A DNA stretch of 62,906 nt, counting the filler, from Chiloscyllium plagiosum (lineage: Eukaryota), in NCBI RefSeq assembly GCF_004010195.1. It is 5 parts of one record of this genome, joined end to end, with 100 filler letters (N's around TTAATTAATTAA, not from the genome) between each part and the next. Parts side by side here need not be neighbours in the genome. Positions count along the whole stretch, not along the records: positions 19,462 to 36,772 come from NC_057712.1; positions 36,873 to 54,396 come from NC_057712.1; 3 more parts are not named here. One strand, written 5' to 3'. This document shows positions 35,637 through 47,277 of the stretch, in pieces (the stretch's first letter is position 1; the number at the start of each line of letters is the position of its first letter). The position numbers were made by a program, and so were the translations under genes. Under the pieces are notes generated by a model. It saw only the letters and a list, made by a program, of their open reading frames with translations, was not told where the DNA came from and ran no database searches.

Positions 35637-36772
35637 TGAACATTGGTGAGTCTATTACTGTTGCAGGCAGGCTGTTCCACACCCCTACTACTCTGGGTGA
35701 AGAAGATACCCCTAAAATCTGTCCTATATCTATCACCCCTCAGTTTAAAGCTATGTCCCCTCATGTTAGCCATCACCATCTGAGGAAAAAGGCTCTCACT
35801 GTCCACCCGATTTAACCCTCTGATTATCTTATATGTCTCGATTAAGTCACCTCTCAACCTTCTTCTCTCCAATGAAAACAGCCTCAGTTCCCTCATCCTT
35901 TCCTTGTAAGACCTTCCTTCCATACCAGGCAACATCCTAGTAAATTTCCTCTGAACCCTTTCCAAAGCTTCCACATCCTTCCCATAATGCGGTGAGCAGA
36001 ACTGTACACAATACTCCAGGTGCAGCCGCACCAGTGTCTTGTACAGCTGAAGCATGACCTCATGGCTCTGAAACTCAATCTCCCAACCAATAAACGTCAA
36101 CACACCATATACCTTCTTAACAACCCTATCAATCTGGATGGGATTTATGCACCAGGACACTGAGATCTCTCTGTTCATCTTAACTGCCAGCCCAGTACTC
36201 TGCATTCCTGTTATTTCTTCTGAAGTGAACTACCTCACGCTTTTCTGCATTAAACTCCATTTGCCACTTCTCAGCCCAGTTCTGCATCTTACCTATGTCC
36301 CTCTGTAACCCACAATAGACAATAGACAATAGACAATAGGTGCAGGAGTAGGCCATTCAGCCCTTCGGGCCTACACCACCATTCAACATGATCATGGCTG
36401 ATCATTCCTAAACAGTATCCTCTTCCTGCCTTATCTCCATAACACTTGATTCCACACCCTTCATTGACTGGTGTACAAGAACACCCAGACCTCTTTGTAC
36501 TGCCCCTTTACCTAAATTGATTCCATTGAGGTAGTAATCTGCCTTCCTGTTCTTGCCACCAAAGTGGATAACCATACATTTATCCACATTAAACTGCATC
36601 TGCCATGCATCTGACCACTCACCTAACCTGTCCAGGTCACCCTGTAATCTCCTAACATCCTCATCACATTCCACCCTGCCACCCATCTTAGTATCATCAG
36701 CAAATTTGCTAATGTTATCACTAATACCATCTTCTATATCATTAACATATATTGTAAAAAGCTACGGTCCCA
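35637..36772 (-). mobile_element. Two adjacent CR1 fragments (35637-36312; 36313-36772 with an (AGACAAT)n tail)
   Basis: LEYCVQFCSPHYGKDVEALERVQRKFTRMLPGM and LQGDLDRLGEWSDAWQMQFNVDKC. Confidence 0.92.
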
Positions 36773-36872
36773 NNNNNNNNNNNNNNNNNNNNNNNNNNNN
36801 NNNNNNNNNNNNNNNNTTAATTAATTAANNNNNNNNNNNNNNNNNNNNNNNNNNNNNNNNNNNNNNNNNNNN
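36773..36872. other. Scaffold gap with TTAATTAATTAA linker
   Basis: 44 N + linker (36817-36828) + 44 N. Confidence 0.97.
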
Positions 36873-37380
36873 AGTGTGTGTCTCTCTGTGTGTATCTGTC
36901 TGTGTGTTAGTGTGTGTCTCTCTGTGTGTATCTGTCTGTGTGTTGGTGTGTGTCTCTCTGTGTGTATCTGTCTGAGTGTGTGTCTCTCTGTGTGTATCTG
37001 TCTGAGTGTGTGTCTCTCTGTGTGTATCTGTCTGAGTGTGTGTCTCTCTGTGTGTATCTGTCTGAGTGTGTGTCTCTCTGTGTGTATCTGTCTGAGTGTG
37101 TGTCTCTCTGTGTGTATCTGTCTGAGTGTGTGTCTCTCTGTGTGTATCTGTCTGAGTGTGTGTCTCTCTGTGTGTATCTGTCTGAGTGTGTGTCTCTCTG
37201 TGTGTATCTGTCTGAGTGTGTGTCTCTCTGTGTGTATCTGTCTGAGTGTGTGTCTCTCTGTGTGTATCTGTCTGAGTGTGTGTCTCTCTGTGTGTATCTG
37301 TCTGAGTGTGTGTCTCTCTGTGTGTATCTGTCTGAGTGTGTGTCTCTCTGTGTGTATCCATCTGAGTGTGCGAGTGTGTC
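36873..37380. repeat. 30-bp minisatellite AGTGTGTGTCTCTCTGTGTGTATCTGTCTG
   Basis: About 13 perfect copies plus 36-bp variants near the gap. Confidence 0.97.
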
Positions 37381-37659
37381 TATGGTAAACTTACTTTTAG
37401 CCCAGTTCCAAGCCTAAGATCCGCACCATGGATTGAAGTGAACCTAACCTGACACTGAGTGGTGTTTGGGTGACCAATTACAGCTTTTAATGTCTTTCCC
37501 CTTTGAGAAGGATGCATTCTACTCACATGGCTGGCTTGCAATGGCCCAGCTGTTGGTCTTGGATGGGGTGGTGGTGGTGGGTGTGGTGAACAGTTGCAAT
37601 GGGATGGGCCATGGGGGATACACAGGATGGGCAAGTTGTCACCTGGACTTGTGTGTATA

Positions 37660-37995
37660 CATGGTATTATCACTGGACTATTCATCCAGAGACCCAGGAA
37701 ATTTTCTGGAGACCCAGGTTCAAATCCCACTATGGTGGCAATTCAGTCCAATAAAAAAGTCTGAATTAAGAGTCTAATGATGACCATTAAACCATTGTTG
37801 GTTGTTGGGAAAACCTATCTGGGTCACTAATGTCCTTTAGGGAAGGAAATCTGCCAACCTTACCTGATTTGGCTACATGTGACTCCAGACCCGCAGCAAG
37901 GTGGTTGACTCTTAACTGCCCTCTGGGCAATTAGAAATGGGCAATAAATGCTGGGCCTAGCCAGTGCATCCTCATCCTGTAAATGAATTAAAAAA
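37660..37995 (+). mobile_element. tRNA-headed SINE (second family)
   Basis: GGTTCAAATCCC B-box and CCTTTAGGGAAGGAAATCTGCC..TACATGTGACTCCAGACCC. Confidence 0.85.
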
Positions 37996-38004
37996 TAACT
38001 AAAC

Positions 38005-38165
38005 CTTAACTGCAAATCTTTGGACTGTGGGAGGAAACTGGAGCACCTGGAGAAAACCCACCCAGACACGGGGAGAATGTGCAAACTCCACACTCCCACC
38101 CGAGGCTGGGATCGAACCCAGGTCCTTGGTGCTATGAGGCAGCAGTGCTAATGCTGAGCCACCAT
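38005..38165 (-). mobile_element. HE1-type SINE 5' part
   Basis: TTGGACTGTGGGAGGAAAC..GTGCAAACTCCACA..GATCGAACCC..GAGGCAGCAGTGCTAA. Confidence 0.85.
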
Positions 38166-38423
38166 ACTCCCCCATGATGAAAGATGCCATCTTGTCCTGC
38201 TGGCCCGCCTGTTCCTCTCTCCTGCAACAGCTCGTGTTGCTCTGACGAACAATGATCCTTCTCCTCCCACACCTCAGCCAGACAACAGGCAAAGACTCTC
38301 TTTCTCTTTGTGACTCGGATAAGGGGTAAGATAAACAGAGCACCAGAACACTTATTTCATTTTAAGTTAAACACTCAGGTAATTTATTACTTGTGTTGGT
38401 GAAGTTCACTAACTGTCCCATGA

Positions 38424-38632
38424 TAAAAATCACACAACACCAGGTTATAGTCCAACAGGTTTAATTGGAAGCACTAGCTTTTGGAGCGACGCTCCTTCAT
38501 CAAGTGATTGTGGAGGGCTTGATCGTAACACAGAATTTATAGCAAATGTGTGATGTAACTGAAATTATACATTGAAAAATTGATTTCAGTTACTGTATAA
38601 TTTCAGTTACATCACACATTTTCCTATAAATT
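38424..38632 (-). mobile_element. Penelope terminus with a degenerate hammerhead and a short inverted end
   Basis: Reverse complement of 38472-38506 is CAC TTGATGA A GGAGC GTC GCTCC AAAAG CTA GTG. Inverted arms lie at about 38535-38571 and 38594-38632. Confidence 0.75.
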
Positions 38633-40575
38633 GCGAAAGGATGTGGTGTTGATTAGATAACTATGGCTGACAAAGGAAGTCAGGAAATGTATCAAAGAAA
38701 AAGAGAGAGCCTATAAAGTGGCCAAGAGCACTCGGAAATTAGAAGATTGGGAAGACTACAAAAACAAACAGAGGATAACAAAGAGAGAAATAAGGAAGGA
38801 GAGGATCAAATATGAAGGTAAGCTAGCCAGTAATATTAGAAATGATAGTAAAAGTTTCTTTCAATACATATGAAACAAACGAGAGGCAAACGTAGAAATT
38901 GGGCTGCTCCAAATTGATGCAGGAAGGCCAGTGCTGGGAGATAAGGAAATCGCAGAAGAACTTAATATATACTTTGTGTCAGCCTTCACAGTGGAAGACA
39001 TGAGTAATATCCCAACAATTAAGGAAAGTCAGGGGCAGAGTTGAGTCTGGTAGCCATTTCAAAACAGAAAGTGCTAGAAAAGCTAAAGGTCTAAAAATTG
39101 ATAAATCTCCTGGTCCTGATGGGCTACATCCTAGAGTTCTGAGGGAGGTGGCTGAGGAAATAGCGGAGGCGTTGGTTGTGAACTTTGAAAAGTCACTGGA
39201 GTCAGGGAAAGTCACAGAAAATTGGGAATTCGCCGTTGTAACCCCCTTGTTCAAGACAAAAGATGGAAAATTATAGGCCGATTAGCCTAACCTCGGTTGG
39301 AGGTAAAATTCTAGAATCCATCGTTAAGGATGAGGTTTCTTAATTCTTAGAAGTGCAGGGTGAATGAAAACAAGTCAGCATGGATTTAGTAAGGGGAGGA
39401 CGTGCCTGACAAACCTGTTAGAATTCTTTGAAGTGGTAACAAGTAGGTTAGACCAGGGAAATCCAGTGGATCTTATCTCTATAGATTCCAAAAGGCCTTT
39501 GATAAGGTGCCTCATGGGAAGCTGCTGAGTAAGGTGAGGGCCCATGGTGTTCAAGGTGAGCTACTGGCGGATTGAGGATTGGCTGTCTGACAGAAGGCAG
39601 AGAGTTGGGATAAAAGGTTCTTTTTCGGAATAGCAGCCGGTGACAAGCGGTGTCCCGCAGGGTTCAGTGTTGGGGCTGCAGCTGTTCACGTTATATATTA
39701 ATGACCTGGATGAAGGGACTGGGGCATTCTAGGCAGGTAGTACTGAGGGGGTGGGGAGGCTGCAGAAGGATCTAGACAGTTTAGGAGAAAGGTCCAAGAA
39801 ATGGCTGATGAAATTCAATGTGAGCAAATGCGAGGTCTTGCACTTTGGAAAAAGGAACACAGGCATGGACTATTTTCTAAACGGTGAGAAAATTCATAAA
39901 GCCAAAGTACAAAGGGATCTGGGAGTGCTGGTCCAGGATTCTCTAAAGGTTAACTTGCAGGTTGAGTCTGTGGTTAAGAAAGCAAATGTAATATTGTCAT
40001 TTATCTCAAGAGGGCTGGAATGTAAAAGCAGTGATGTGCGACTGAGACTTTATAAAGCTCTAGTTAGGCCCCTTTTAGAATACTGTGTTCAGTTTTGGTC
40101 CCCACCCTTCAGGAAGGACATACTGGCACTGGAGCGTGTCCAGCGAAGATTCACATGGATGATCCCTGGAATGGTAGGCCGAATATACGATGAACAACTG
40201 AGTATCCTAGGATTGTAATCCTTAGAGTTTAGAAGGTTGAGGGGAGATCTAATAGAAACTTACAAGGTAATGCATGGCTTAGAAAGGTTGGCGCTGGGAA
40301 GTTGTTACCGTTAGGTGGGGAGACTAGGACCTAAGGGGCAACTTTTTCACACAGAGGATGGTGTGTGTATGGAATGAGCTGCCAGAGGAAGTGGTGGAGG
40401 CTGGTACAATTGCAATATTTAAAAATCATCTGGATGGGTATATGAATAGGTAGGGGTTTGGAGGGATATAGGCCGGGTGCTGGCAGGTGGGACTAGATTG
40501 GGTTGGGATATCTGGTCGGCATGGACAGGTTGGACCGAAGGGTCTGTTTCCATGCTGTACATCTCTATGACTCTG
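38633..40575 (+). mobile_element. CR1 ORF2 fragment with a chimeric 3' end
   Basis: DKSPGPDGLHPRVLREVA, NYRPISLTS, KAFDKVPH and ORF 39751..40218. It switches at about 40330 to the 3' UTR type seen at 2910-3160. Confidence 0.93.
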
Positions 40576-41404
40576 TCTTTCTCCCCAGTAAAATACATCA
40601 AACTTAAAAGAAAACCAATGTATTTTTCATCATCAATTGCTGTTAAATCATTAAATAATTGATTTTGCAGTTAGGATTCTAATCACCAACACCCCTGTGA
40701 AGAAATGAAGAGAACACAAAGAAGAGAAAATTGTAGCAAGTACGAGGATTATCTCAAATGTGGACTGGGCCTGTGAACATCTGCCCCAGTTTCTGTTTTC
40801 CCCTTCATCCTTAACTTTTTTTTCTGTTAGTTTATGCAAATTTAGGAAGGGAGATTAGAGATTTAACTAGTCTAGTTATATGTCGACACTTCATAATTAT
40901 CTACATGTGCTAAGAGACCATTTATTTACAACAAACAATTGTTGGGATATCTGGTGGGCATGGACGGGTTGGACTAAAGGGTCTGTTTCCATGCTGAACA
41001 TCTCTATGACTTTATGACAGAAACTTGGTCCATGTTTTTTGTTGGCCTGGGTCTTCGATAATGTTTAAACAATTGAAATGACTCTGGAATTAGTGGGGCT
41101 TGGTTTCCTCTCAGCTACCCCAGTGAGGGCTAACAATGTTATTTCTAAGCAAGGAAAGATTTCCTTGATCTTTCTTTTCAGCTTAGTATTCCTGATCTTT
41201 CTCCAGTGGTTTGTGTTGACAAAACATCATTGCACAAATATTTCTAAATGTTATTAGTTATTTTACCGCATTGTGATCCTTGTTTAATCATTAATCCTAA
41301 AGAATGAATTATGCAAAATATGGTGACATGTTCTGGCCTTCATTATAATGAAGGTATGACAAATAATTTTAAGGTTGTAAAAGCATTACAAAGTAAATAT
41401 TTAA

Positions 41405-41650
41405 AAAATGAAAGAACTGCAAATGCTAGAAATCTGAAACAAAGGTCACTGGGTTTCCAACAATTCAAACCCATACTGTGATTATATATTTTGCTTTTAA
41501 AGAGTTCCAGATCCAACAAGAAAAAAACTGAACCAAAAACAGAAACTGCTGGAAATGTCAGCAGGTCTGGCAGCATCAGTGGAGGGAAAACAGAGTTAAC
41601 ATTTCGGGTCCAGTGACCTTTGTTTCAGATTTTCAGCATCTGCAGTTCTT
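41405..41650. mobile_element. Rearranged Penelope-like terminus with approximately 40-bp inverted ends
   Basis: AAGAACTGCAAATGCTAGAAATCTGAAACAAAGGTCACTGG and CCAGTGACCTTTGTTTCAGATTTTCAGCATCTGCAGTTCTT. Confidence 0.7.
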
Positions 41651-42214
41651 ACTAAGAAGAAACAAGATGTGACTAAATATTTTACTATTCTTCCATGTTG
41701 TGGCCCACTGTCAGCTGAAGACAAGCAGATCCTCATCTCGTAAATGTCTATTTGTCACAGGGGTGACACCATTGGAAGTCAGAAACGCACAAAGATGCGA
41801 TCACGGATCTTTCGTAGACATCACTAATTATGTTGAACAAAGCTGAAGTGTATAATTATGAGGTAAATGATGTGAACACATTACAAACATTACAGGTTAC
41901 AGTTCCCACTACCCATTCATTTCCTCTCTGTGGTTCCAGCATCTGTTGATCTACACCCTTCCTTCAATGTGCTTTACATGTTTACTTGTCCTCAGGTTTT
42001 GGTGCCGATACATAGTTAGTGCTGAAATGTCAACTTGGATTTCCTCTTTTCTTGTGCTGATTAATCTGCTGTGTGTTTTAGCATCTTTATTTCAGATCCT
42101 TAACGTGTTTATTTTATTTTGGGTATATTGAACACAAGAAGGCCATTTGACCCTTTGATTTTGCTCCACCATTCAATAGGATCATGGCTGATCTGACATT
42201 CCTTACATTCACTT

Positions 42215-42710
42215 AGAGTCATAGAGTCATAGAGATGTAAAACACGGAAACAGACCCTTCAGTCCAACTCATCGTGCTGACCAGATATCCCATCCTAATC
42301 TAGTCCCACCTGCCAACACCCAGCCCATATCCCTCCAAACCCTTCCTATTCATATACCCATCCAGATCCCTTTTAAATGTTTTAATTCTAACAGCCTCCA
42401 TCACTTCCTCTGACAGCTGATTCCATATGTGGCCACACTCTGTCTGAAAAAGTTTCCCCTTAGATCTCTTTCATATCTTTCCCCTCTCACCTTAAACCTA
42501 TGCCCTCTAGTTCTGGACTGTCTAACTCCAGGGAAAAGACTTTATCTATTTATCCTATCCATGCCCTTTATGATTTTATAAATCTCTATAAGGTCACCTC
42601 TCAGCCTCCGATGCTCCAGGGAAAACAGCCCCAGCCTGTTCAGCCTCTCCCTATAGCTCAAATTCTTCAACCCTGGCAACATCCTTGTAAATCTTTTCTG
42701 AACCCTTTCG
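42215..42710 (-). mobile_element. CR1/HER1-type 3' fragment, abutting a Penelope piece (42714-42796)
   Basis: [47 protein letters not shown], and a (TAGAGTCA)n tail. Confidence 0.92.
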
Positions 42711-42826
42711 AGTGGCTTATGCCCGAAATGTCGATTCTCCTGTTCCCTGGATGCTGCCTGACCTGCTGCGCTTTTCCAGCAACACATTTTCAGCTCCACT
42801 CTACTGCCTGCTCACCATAGCCCTTT

Positions 42827-43078
42827 ATCCTGCATTTCATCAGAAATATATCTATTTCTTTCTTAAATCTGTTGATTGATTCTGCTCCCAGCCACTCTCT
42901 GGGGCAGTGAGTTCCACAGATTCACAACTCTCTGGGAGAAGGAGTTTCTCCTCATCCTGCATTTCATCAGAAATATATCTATTTCTTTCTTAAATCTGTT
43001 GATTGATTCTGCTCCCAGCCACTCTGGGGCAGTGAGTTCCACAGATTCACAACTCTCTGGGAGAAGGAGTTTCTCCTC
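42827..43078. repeat. Tandem duplication, 127 + 125 bp
   Basis: ATCCTGCATTTCATCAG..GGAGTTTCTCCTC at 42827 and 42954. The copies differ by one CT unit. Confidence 0.93.
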
Positions 43079-43394
43079 AATTCAGTTTTGAACTTACCTC
43101 CTGTCACTCTATATCTATGATCTCTTGTTCTAGACTGTCAACAAGGGGAAAAATCTGTTTGATGTCCTCCTTATCAATCCCTTTTTTAATATTTTATACA
43201 TCTCAATCAGATACCACCACCCACCCCCCAAATTCTTCTGAACTCCAGTGAGCATAGGCCAAAGGTATTCAACCGCTCCTCATCCAACAGCCTTTCATGG
43301 AGGAGAAAGTGAGGTCTGCAGATGCTGGAGATCAAAGTTGAAACTTTATTGCTGGAACAGCACAGCAGGTCAGGCAGCATCCAGGGAACAGGAG

Positions 43395-43430
43395 ATTCGA
43401 CGTTTCGGGCACAGGCCCTTCTTCAGGAAT
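43395..43430 (-). ncRNA. Minimal type I hammerhead ribozyme, intact motif
   Basis: Reverse complement ATTC CTGAAGA A GGGC CTGT GCCC GAAAC GTC GAAT. Stem I is ATTC/GAAT, stem II is GGGC/GCCC, and there is a GUC triplet. Confidence 0.75.
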
Positions 43431-43573
43431 GAGCAGAGAGTGTTCAGCAGGAGAAGATAAAAGGTAGGGAGGAGGGACTTGGAGGAGGGGCGTTGGAAAT
43501 GTGATAGGTAAAGCCCCTCCTCCAAGTCCTTCCTCCCTACCTTTTATCTTCTCCTGCTGAACACTCTCTGCTC

Positions 43574-43609
43574 ATTCCTGAAGAAGGGCCTGTGCCCGAA
43601 ACATCGAAT
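43574..43609 (+). ncRNA. Minimal type I hammerhead motif, GUC->AUC variant
   Basis: ATTC CTGAAGA A GGGC CTGT GCCC GAAAC ATC GAAT. Confidence 0.6.
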
Positions 43610-44299
43610 CTCCTGTTCCCTGGATGCTGCCTGACCTGCTGTGCTGTTCCAGCAATAAAGTTTCAACAACAACCTTTCATCTCTGGAATCAACCTGGTGA
43701 CCCTGCTCTGAATTGCCTCCGGTGCCACCACATTCTTCCTCAAATAAGGAAACCAAAACTGGGCACAATACTCCAACACCTTATATAATTGGAACAATAC
43801 TTCTTTACTTTTATAATGCAGTCCTTTTGCAATAATTACCAGGATTCCATTTGCCTTTCTGCACATGCATACCCACTTTCTGTGATTCATGTACAAAGAC
43901 ACCCAGATCCTCCTGCACTGATGTACTTTGAATCTGCTTCCCATTTAAGTAATAATTTCTCCTTTAATGTTTCTGGCCAAAATTGACAACCTCACACTTA
44001 TCCACATTGAACTACATTTGCCAGATTGTGGTCCATGCTTGTAGTCCATCAGTATCCATTCGTAAACTCTGGTCGTAGATCCTCCCGCTAGGGGAAACCT
44101 TCTCTCAGTATTGACCCTGGCAAGCCCCTAAGGAATCCTACATGATTGAATGAGATCACCTCTCCTCTTTCTGGACTCCAGTTTGAGTTATTGTGATTTT
44201 TATTTGACCGCTTCAACCTGTCCATTACATTTTTATTTCTGTTTCTGTTTTTACTGCTAACTGTACTCTTAACCAGATCTAATTTTAGGTATTCTCTAA

Positions 44300-45478
44300 T
44301 TAACCTGTTCGGCAATGATCTTACACCGCCCTGGATCAGATCATTTCCATGGGCTTTTGTGGATCCTCTGCTGTCATTTGGATGGAAGATGTAGTTTTTC
44401 TTCTGGATCAGGGAGGTTTTGTGAAATTCTCAGCATCTACCTCTATTCTGAATCATTCCACATGGATTTTGGTGGATTTTTCAACCTTCTCTCTTTGTGA
44501 GTGACATCTCTTTGTGTCATTCAATGGGTTTTTGATGGTGCATGACATTTCTGGAATTCACTTCCTCCACAATGTCTTGTCATGCCCCTGTCTCAGCATT
44601 TATATTAGCTGTTCTGGATCTGTCTTCGTCATCCGTCCTGTCACCTGGCACATAAGCAAAATTACTTTTCTCTTTTGAGAAAGCCTGGGAGAGCGATAAC
44701 CTCAGTCACCTTCCAGGTGCCAGCCCAGTCTTGGTTGCCCTTACCCTTCACTTACTCCCTGTCTCTGTCTCTGTCTCTGCCTCATTGCAATCCTTGCTAT
44801 ATTCATCCTCTCTTCAACAAATCCTGAGTTGATAAGATGCAGCTGCAATCCCATCTCCGTTTCCTTGTTCTGTTTCTCAGCAGGTGAATCTTCTTTCTAA
44901 GGACCTGAGCCACTGTTTCTGAACTTAGCCCCTACTGGATCTCTTGATACCTTATCATTTCTTGATTTGCTGAAAGATCATTTCCCAAATGTTCCCACTG
45001 ACTGTAATCAGTTTTGAAAAACAAAGCTCCCCATTCTCTCCTTTGCAATCCTAATGACATGAAACATTCTAATAAAAGGTGCTGTTAACATATAACAACC
45101 GATCTCCTATCAGGCTGAGGTTCTATGATAATGACTCCACCAGGACACAACTTTACCACAGAATAGCAAACCATGCTTTCAGAAACTGTGACCAGCCTCA
45201 TCTTTTCCAGAGTTTTTCACCCACTTTTGCCAATCTTGTTTTCCAAACTCTCACAGCTAGGTTTTATCACATCGCCAAGGTATATATACTGAGGACTGTC
45301 CAGAAGATTATTTCAGCTTACTCCTGTTATTATCCTTGCATTTGTTCAATTCATTAATTCATTCCTCTCTTGGCCAGTTTCCAACTTTGATGAAGAGACA
45401 TCTAGATGTGAACCGTTAGCTTGCTCTCTCTCCAAAGTTGCTATCTGATCCACTGTGATCTCCAGAATTTATTGTTTG
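44300..45478 (+). mobile_element. Very decayed Penelope-like element with terminus
   Basis: Pyrimidine-rich decayed coding-like sequence ending TTGATGAAGAGACATCTAGATGTGAACCGTTAGCTTGCTCTCTCTCC..CTGTGATCTCCAG, paralogous to 35080-35200 and 24035. Confidence 0.5.
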
Positions 45479-45627
45479 AAGTTTAATCCACTCAGATTTG
45501 TCCATTTCCTGGTGCTTTAATAGTGATCTCCTTTATCCTAGACATTTTATTTTCACTCTGTAAGTACAGGCCCTATATCACAGTGGTTTTTTTTTTGTTG
45601 AATGACCCTTTTTCAAATGCATTGATA

Positions 45628-46582
45628 AGTCATGGAGTCATACAGCACAGAAACAGACCCTTTGGTGCAACTCATCTGTATTGATCAAATTTCCAAACCA
45701 AAACTGGTCTCATTTGCCTGTGTTTGTCACTTTTCCTTCTAAACCTTTCTGATCCATGTGTCTGTCCAAGTGTCTTTTAAATGTTTAACTGCGGCTGCAT
45801 TTACCACTTCCTGTGGCAGTTCATTCTACATATGAACCACCCTCTGTGTGAAAAGGCTGCCTCTCCAGTCCATTTTAAATGTTTCTTCTCTCACCTCAAA
45901 AATGTGCCCCCTTGTTTTAAACTCCCCACCTCTGGAAAACACTCTTGTTATTCACCTTATCTATGTCCCCCATGATTTTATAAACCTCTAGAAGGTAACC
46001 ACTCAACTTGCTCCGCTCCAGTGAACAAATTCCCAGCCTCTCCTTGTAGCTGAAACCCTCTAGTCCCAGTAACATTCTGGTAAATCTTTTCTGGACCCTC
46101 TCCAGTTTACTAATATCCTTCCTCCAGCAGGGCAATCAGAATTATACAAAGCACTCCAAAAGTGCCTCACCAACATCCCATGCAACTGCAACATGACGTC
46201 TCAACTCCAGTACTCAAAGGTCTGAGCAATGAACACGTGTGCTAATACCTTCTTCATCACCCTGTCTACCTGCAACACCACTTTCAGAGAACTATTTACC
46301 TGAACCCCTATGTCTCCCTCTTCAACAAAATGACTCAGGGCCCTACCATTAATTGTATGAGTCCTGTCCTTGTTCATCTTACTGAAATGCAACACCTTGC
46401 ATGTACCCAGATTAAACTCCATCTGCCACTCTTTAGCCCATTGGCCCAATTGATCAATATCTCTTTGTAATCTTAAGTGATCTTCCTCACTGCCACTGAT
46501 TTTGGTGTCACCCACAAACTTACTAACCGTACTTCTTATATTCACTTCCAAATCATTTATATAAATGTCAAACAACAGTGGG
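45628..46582 (-). mobile_element. CR1 RT and 3' fragment
   Basis: IYINDLE..SKFVGDTKI..LQRDIDQLGQWAKEWQMEFN and LERVQKRFTRMLLG. Confidence 0.92.
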
Positions 46583-47277
46583 TCTGTTTCTGTGCTTACA
46601 GAATGAAAATAAAATATCTAGGATAAAGGATAATAATAATACTGATAATATGGAAGTGCTGCATGTAAAATGTGTTCCAGTAACGTTATGAAGTAAATCA
46701 GGTATTTACTGATTGAGATGAGCAACCTGCTTCCTATCCCAGGCCCTATCAATCCTGAGCAGAAATGTGTGAAGAGTAGGACCAGGTGTGATGAAATCAG
46801 CAGTACTTGGCTCCAGTGGGAAATATGTGAGTGATGGCTTGTCAAATACTCCAGTGGTTCAATGCTGGTATGTTTCATTTAGAAATAGCCCTTAACTGAA
46901 AAAGAAACTAAGATCTCAAGGTTTCTGGGAAATCTGGAAAGGAGGTTGTGACTTTGGGTTTCTCGCTGCATTGTCAGATTTTTGGAAAATCAGGTTTTGA
47001 CCAAAGATATTGAATCTGATTCAAACCGAAGGGGGAAAGAGCCCGATATCAGCAAGGAGAACAAAGCCAAAGGTGTGTCGGGGACAGCTGAAGGGAAGCT
47101 GAGGGAGGGCTGCGTTTCACAGCAGGAAATGAAATGAAGTTATTGCAACTACTGCATGGCAAACGATGGAACTTGAAAAGGGTTTAGTGGGTCAAGAGGT
47201 AGTGCCCTAACTTTGGACCAGAGGTCTGGGTTCAAGTCCCACCTATCCCAGAAATGTGTTATAACATGTTGAAACAG

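Larger units (their letters stand above)
43299..43666. mobile_element. Palindromic Penelope-derived insertion (155-bp arms, 21-nt loop, 14-bp TSD)
   Basis: Arms 43337-43491 and 43513-43667. TSD CAACA(G/A)CCTTTCAT at 43285-43298 and 43667-43680. Confidence 0.9.
42800..44060 (-). mobile_element. Older CR1 3' part hosting a tandem duplication and a Penelope insertion
   Basis: YKSKEVLFQLYKVLEYCAQFWFPYLRK..RVTRLIPEMKG. Confidence 0.85.

Noticed and set aside
36825..37417. 167-178 aa ORFs ([10 protein letters not shown] and CLSVCI repeats)
   Set aside because: Translation of a 30-bp TG/TC minisatellite.
41761..41862. Exon-like segment TCACAG|...GAG|GTAAAT
   Set aside because: It has stops in all three frames and mediocre splice sites, with no other support.
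44860..44890. TTTCTCAG|CAG|GTGAAT, a second 3-nt microexon-like site
   Set aside because: The donor is weak, the AG-free zone is short, and it lies within a probable decayed Penelope element.
47185..47250. tRNA-like A/B boxes (also near 12995 and in SINE heads)
   Set aside because: I see no complete cloverleaf, so these are SINE-derived heads rather than tRNA genes.
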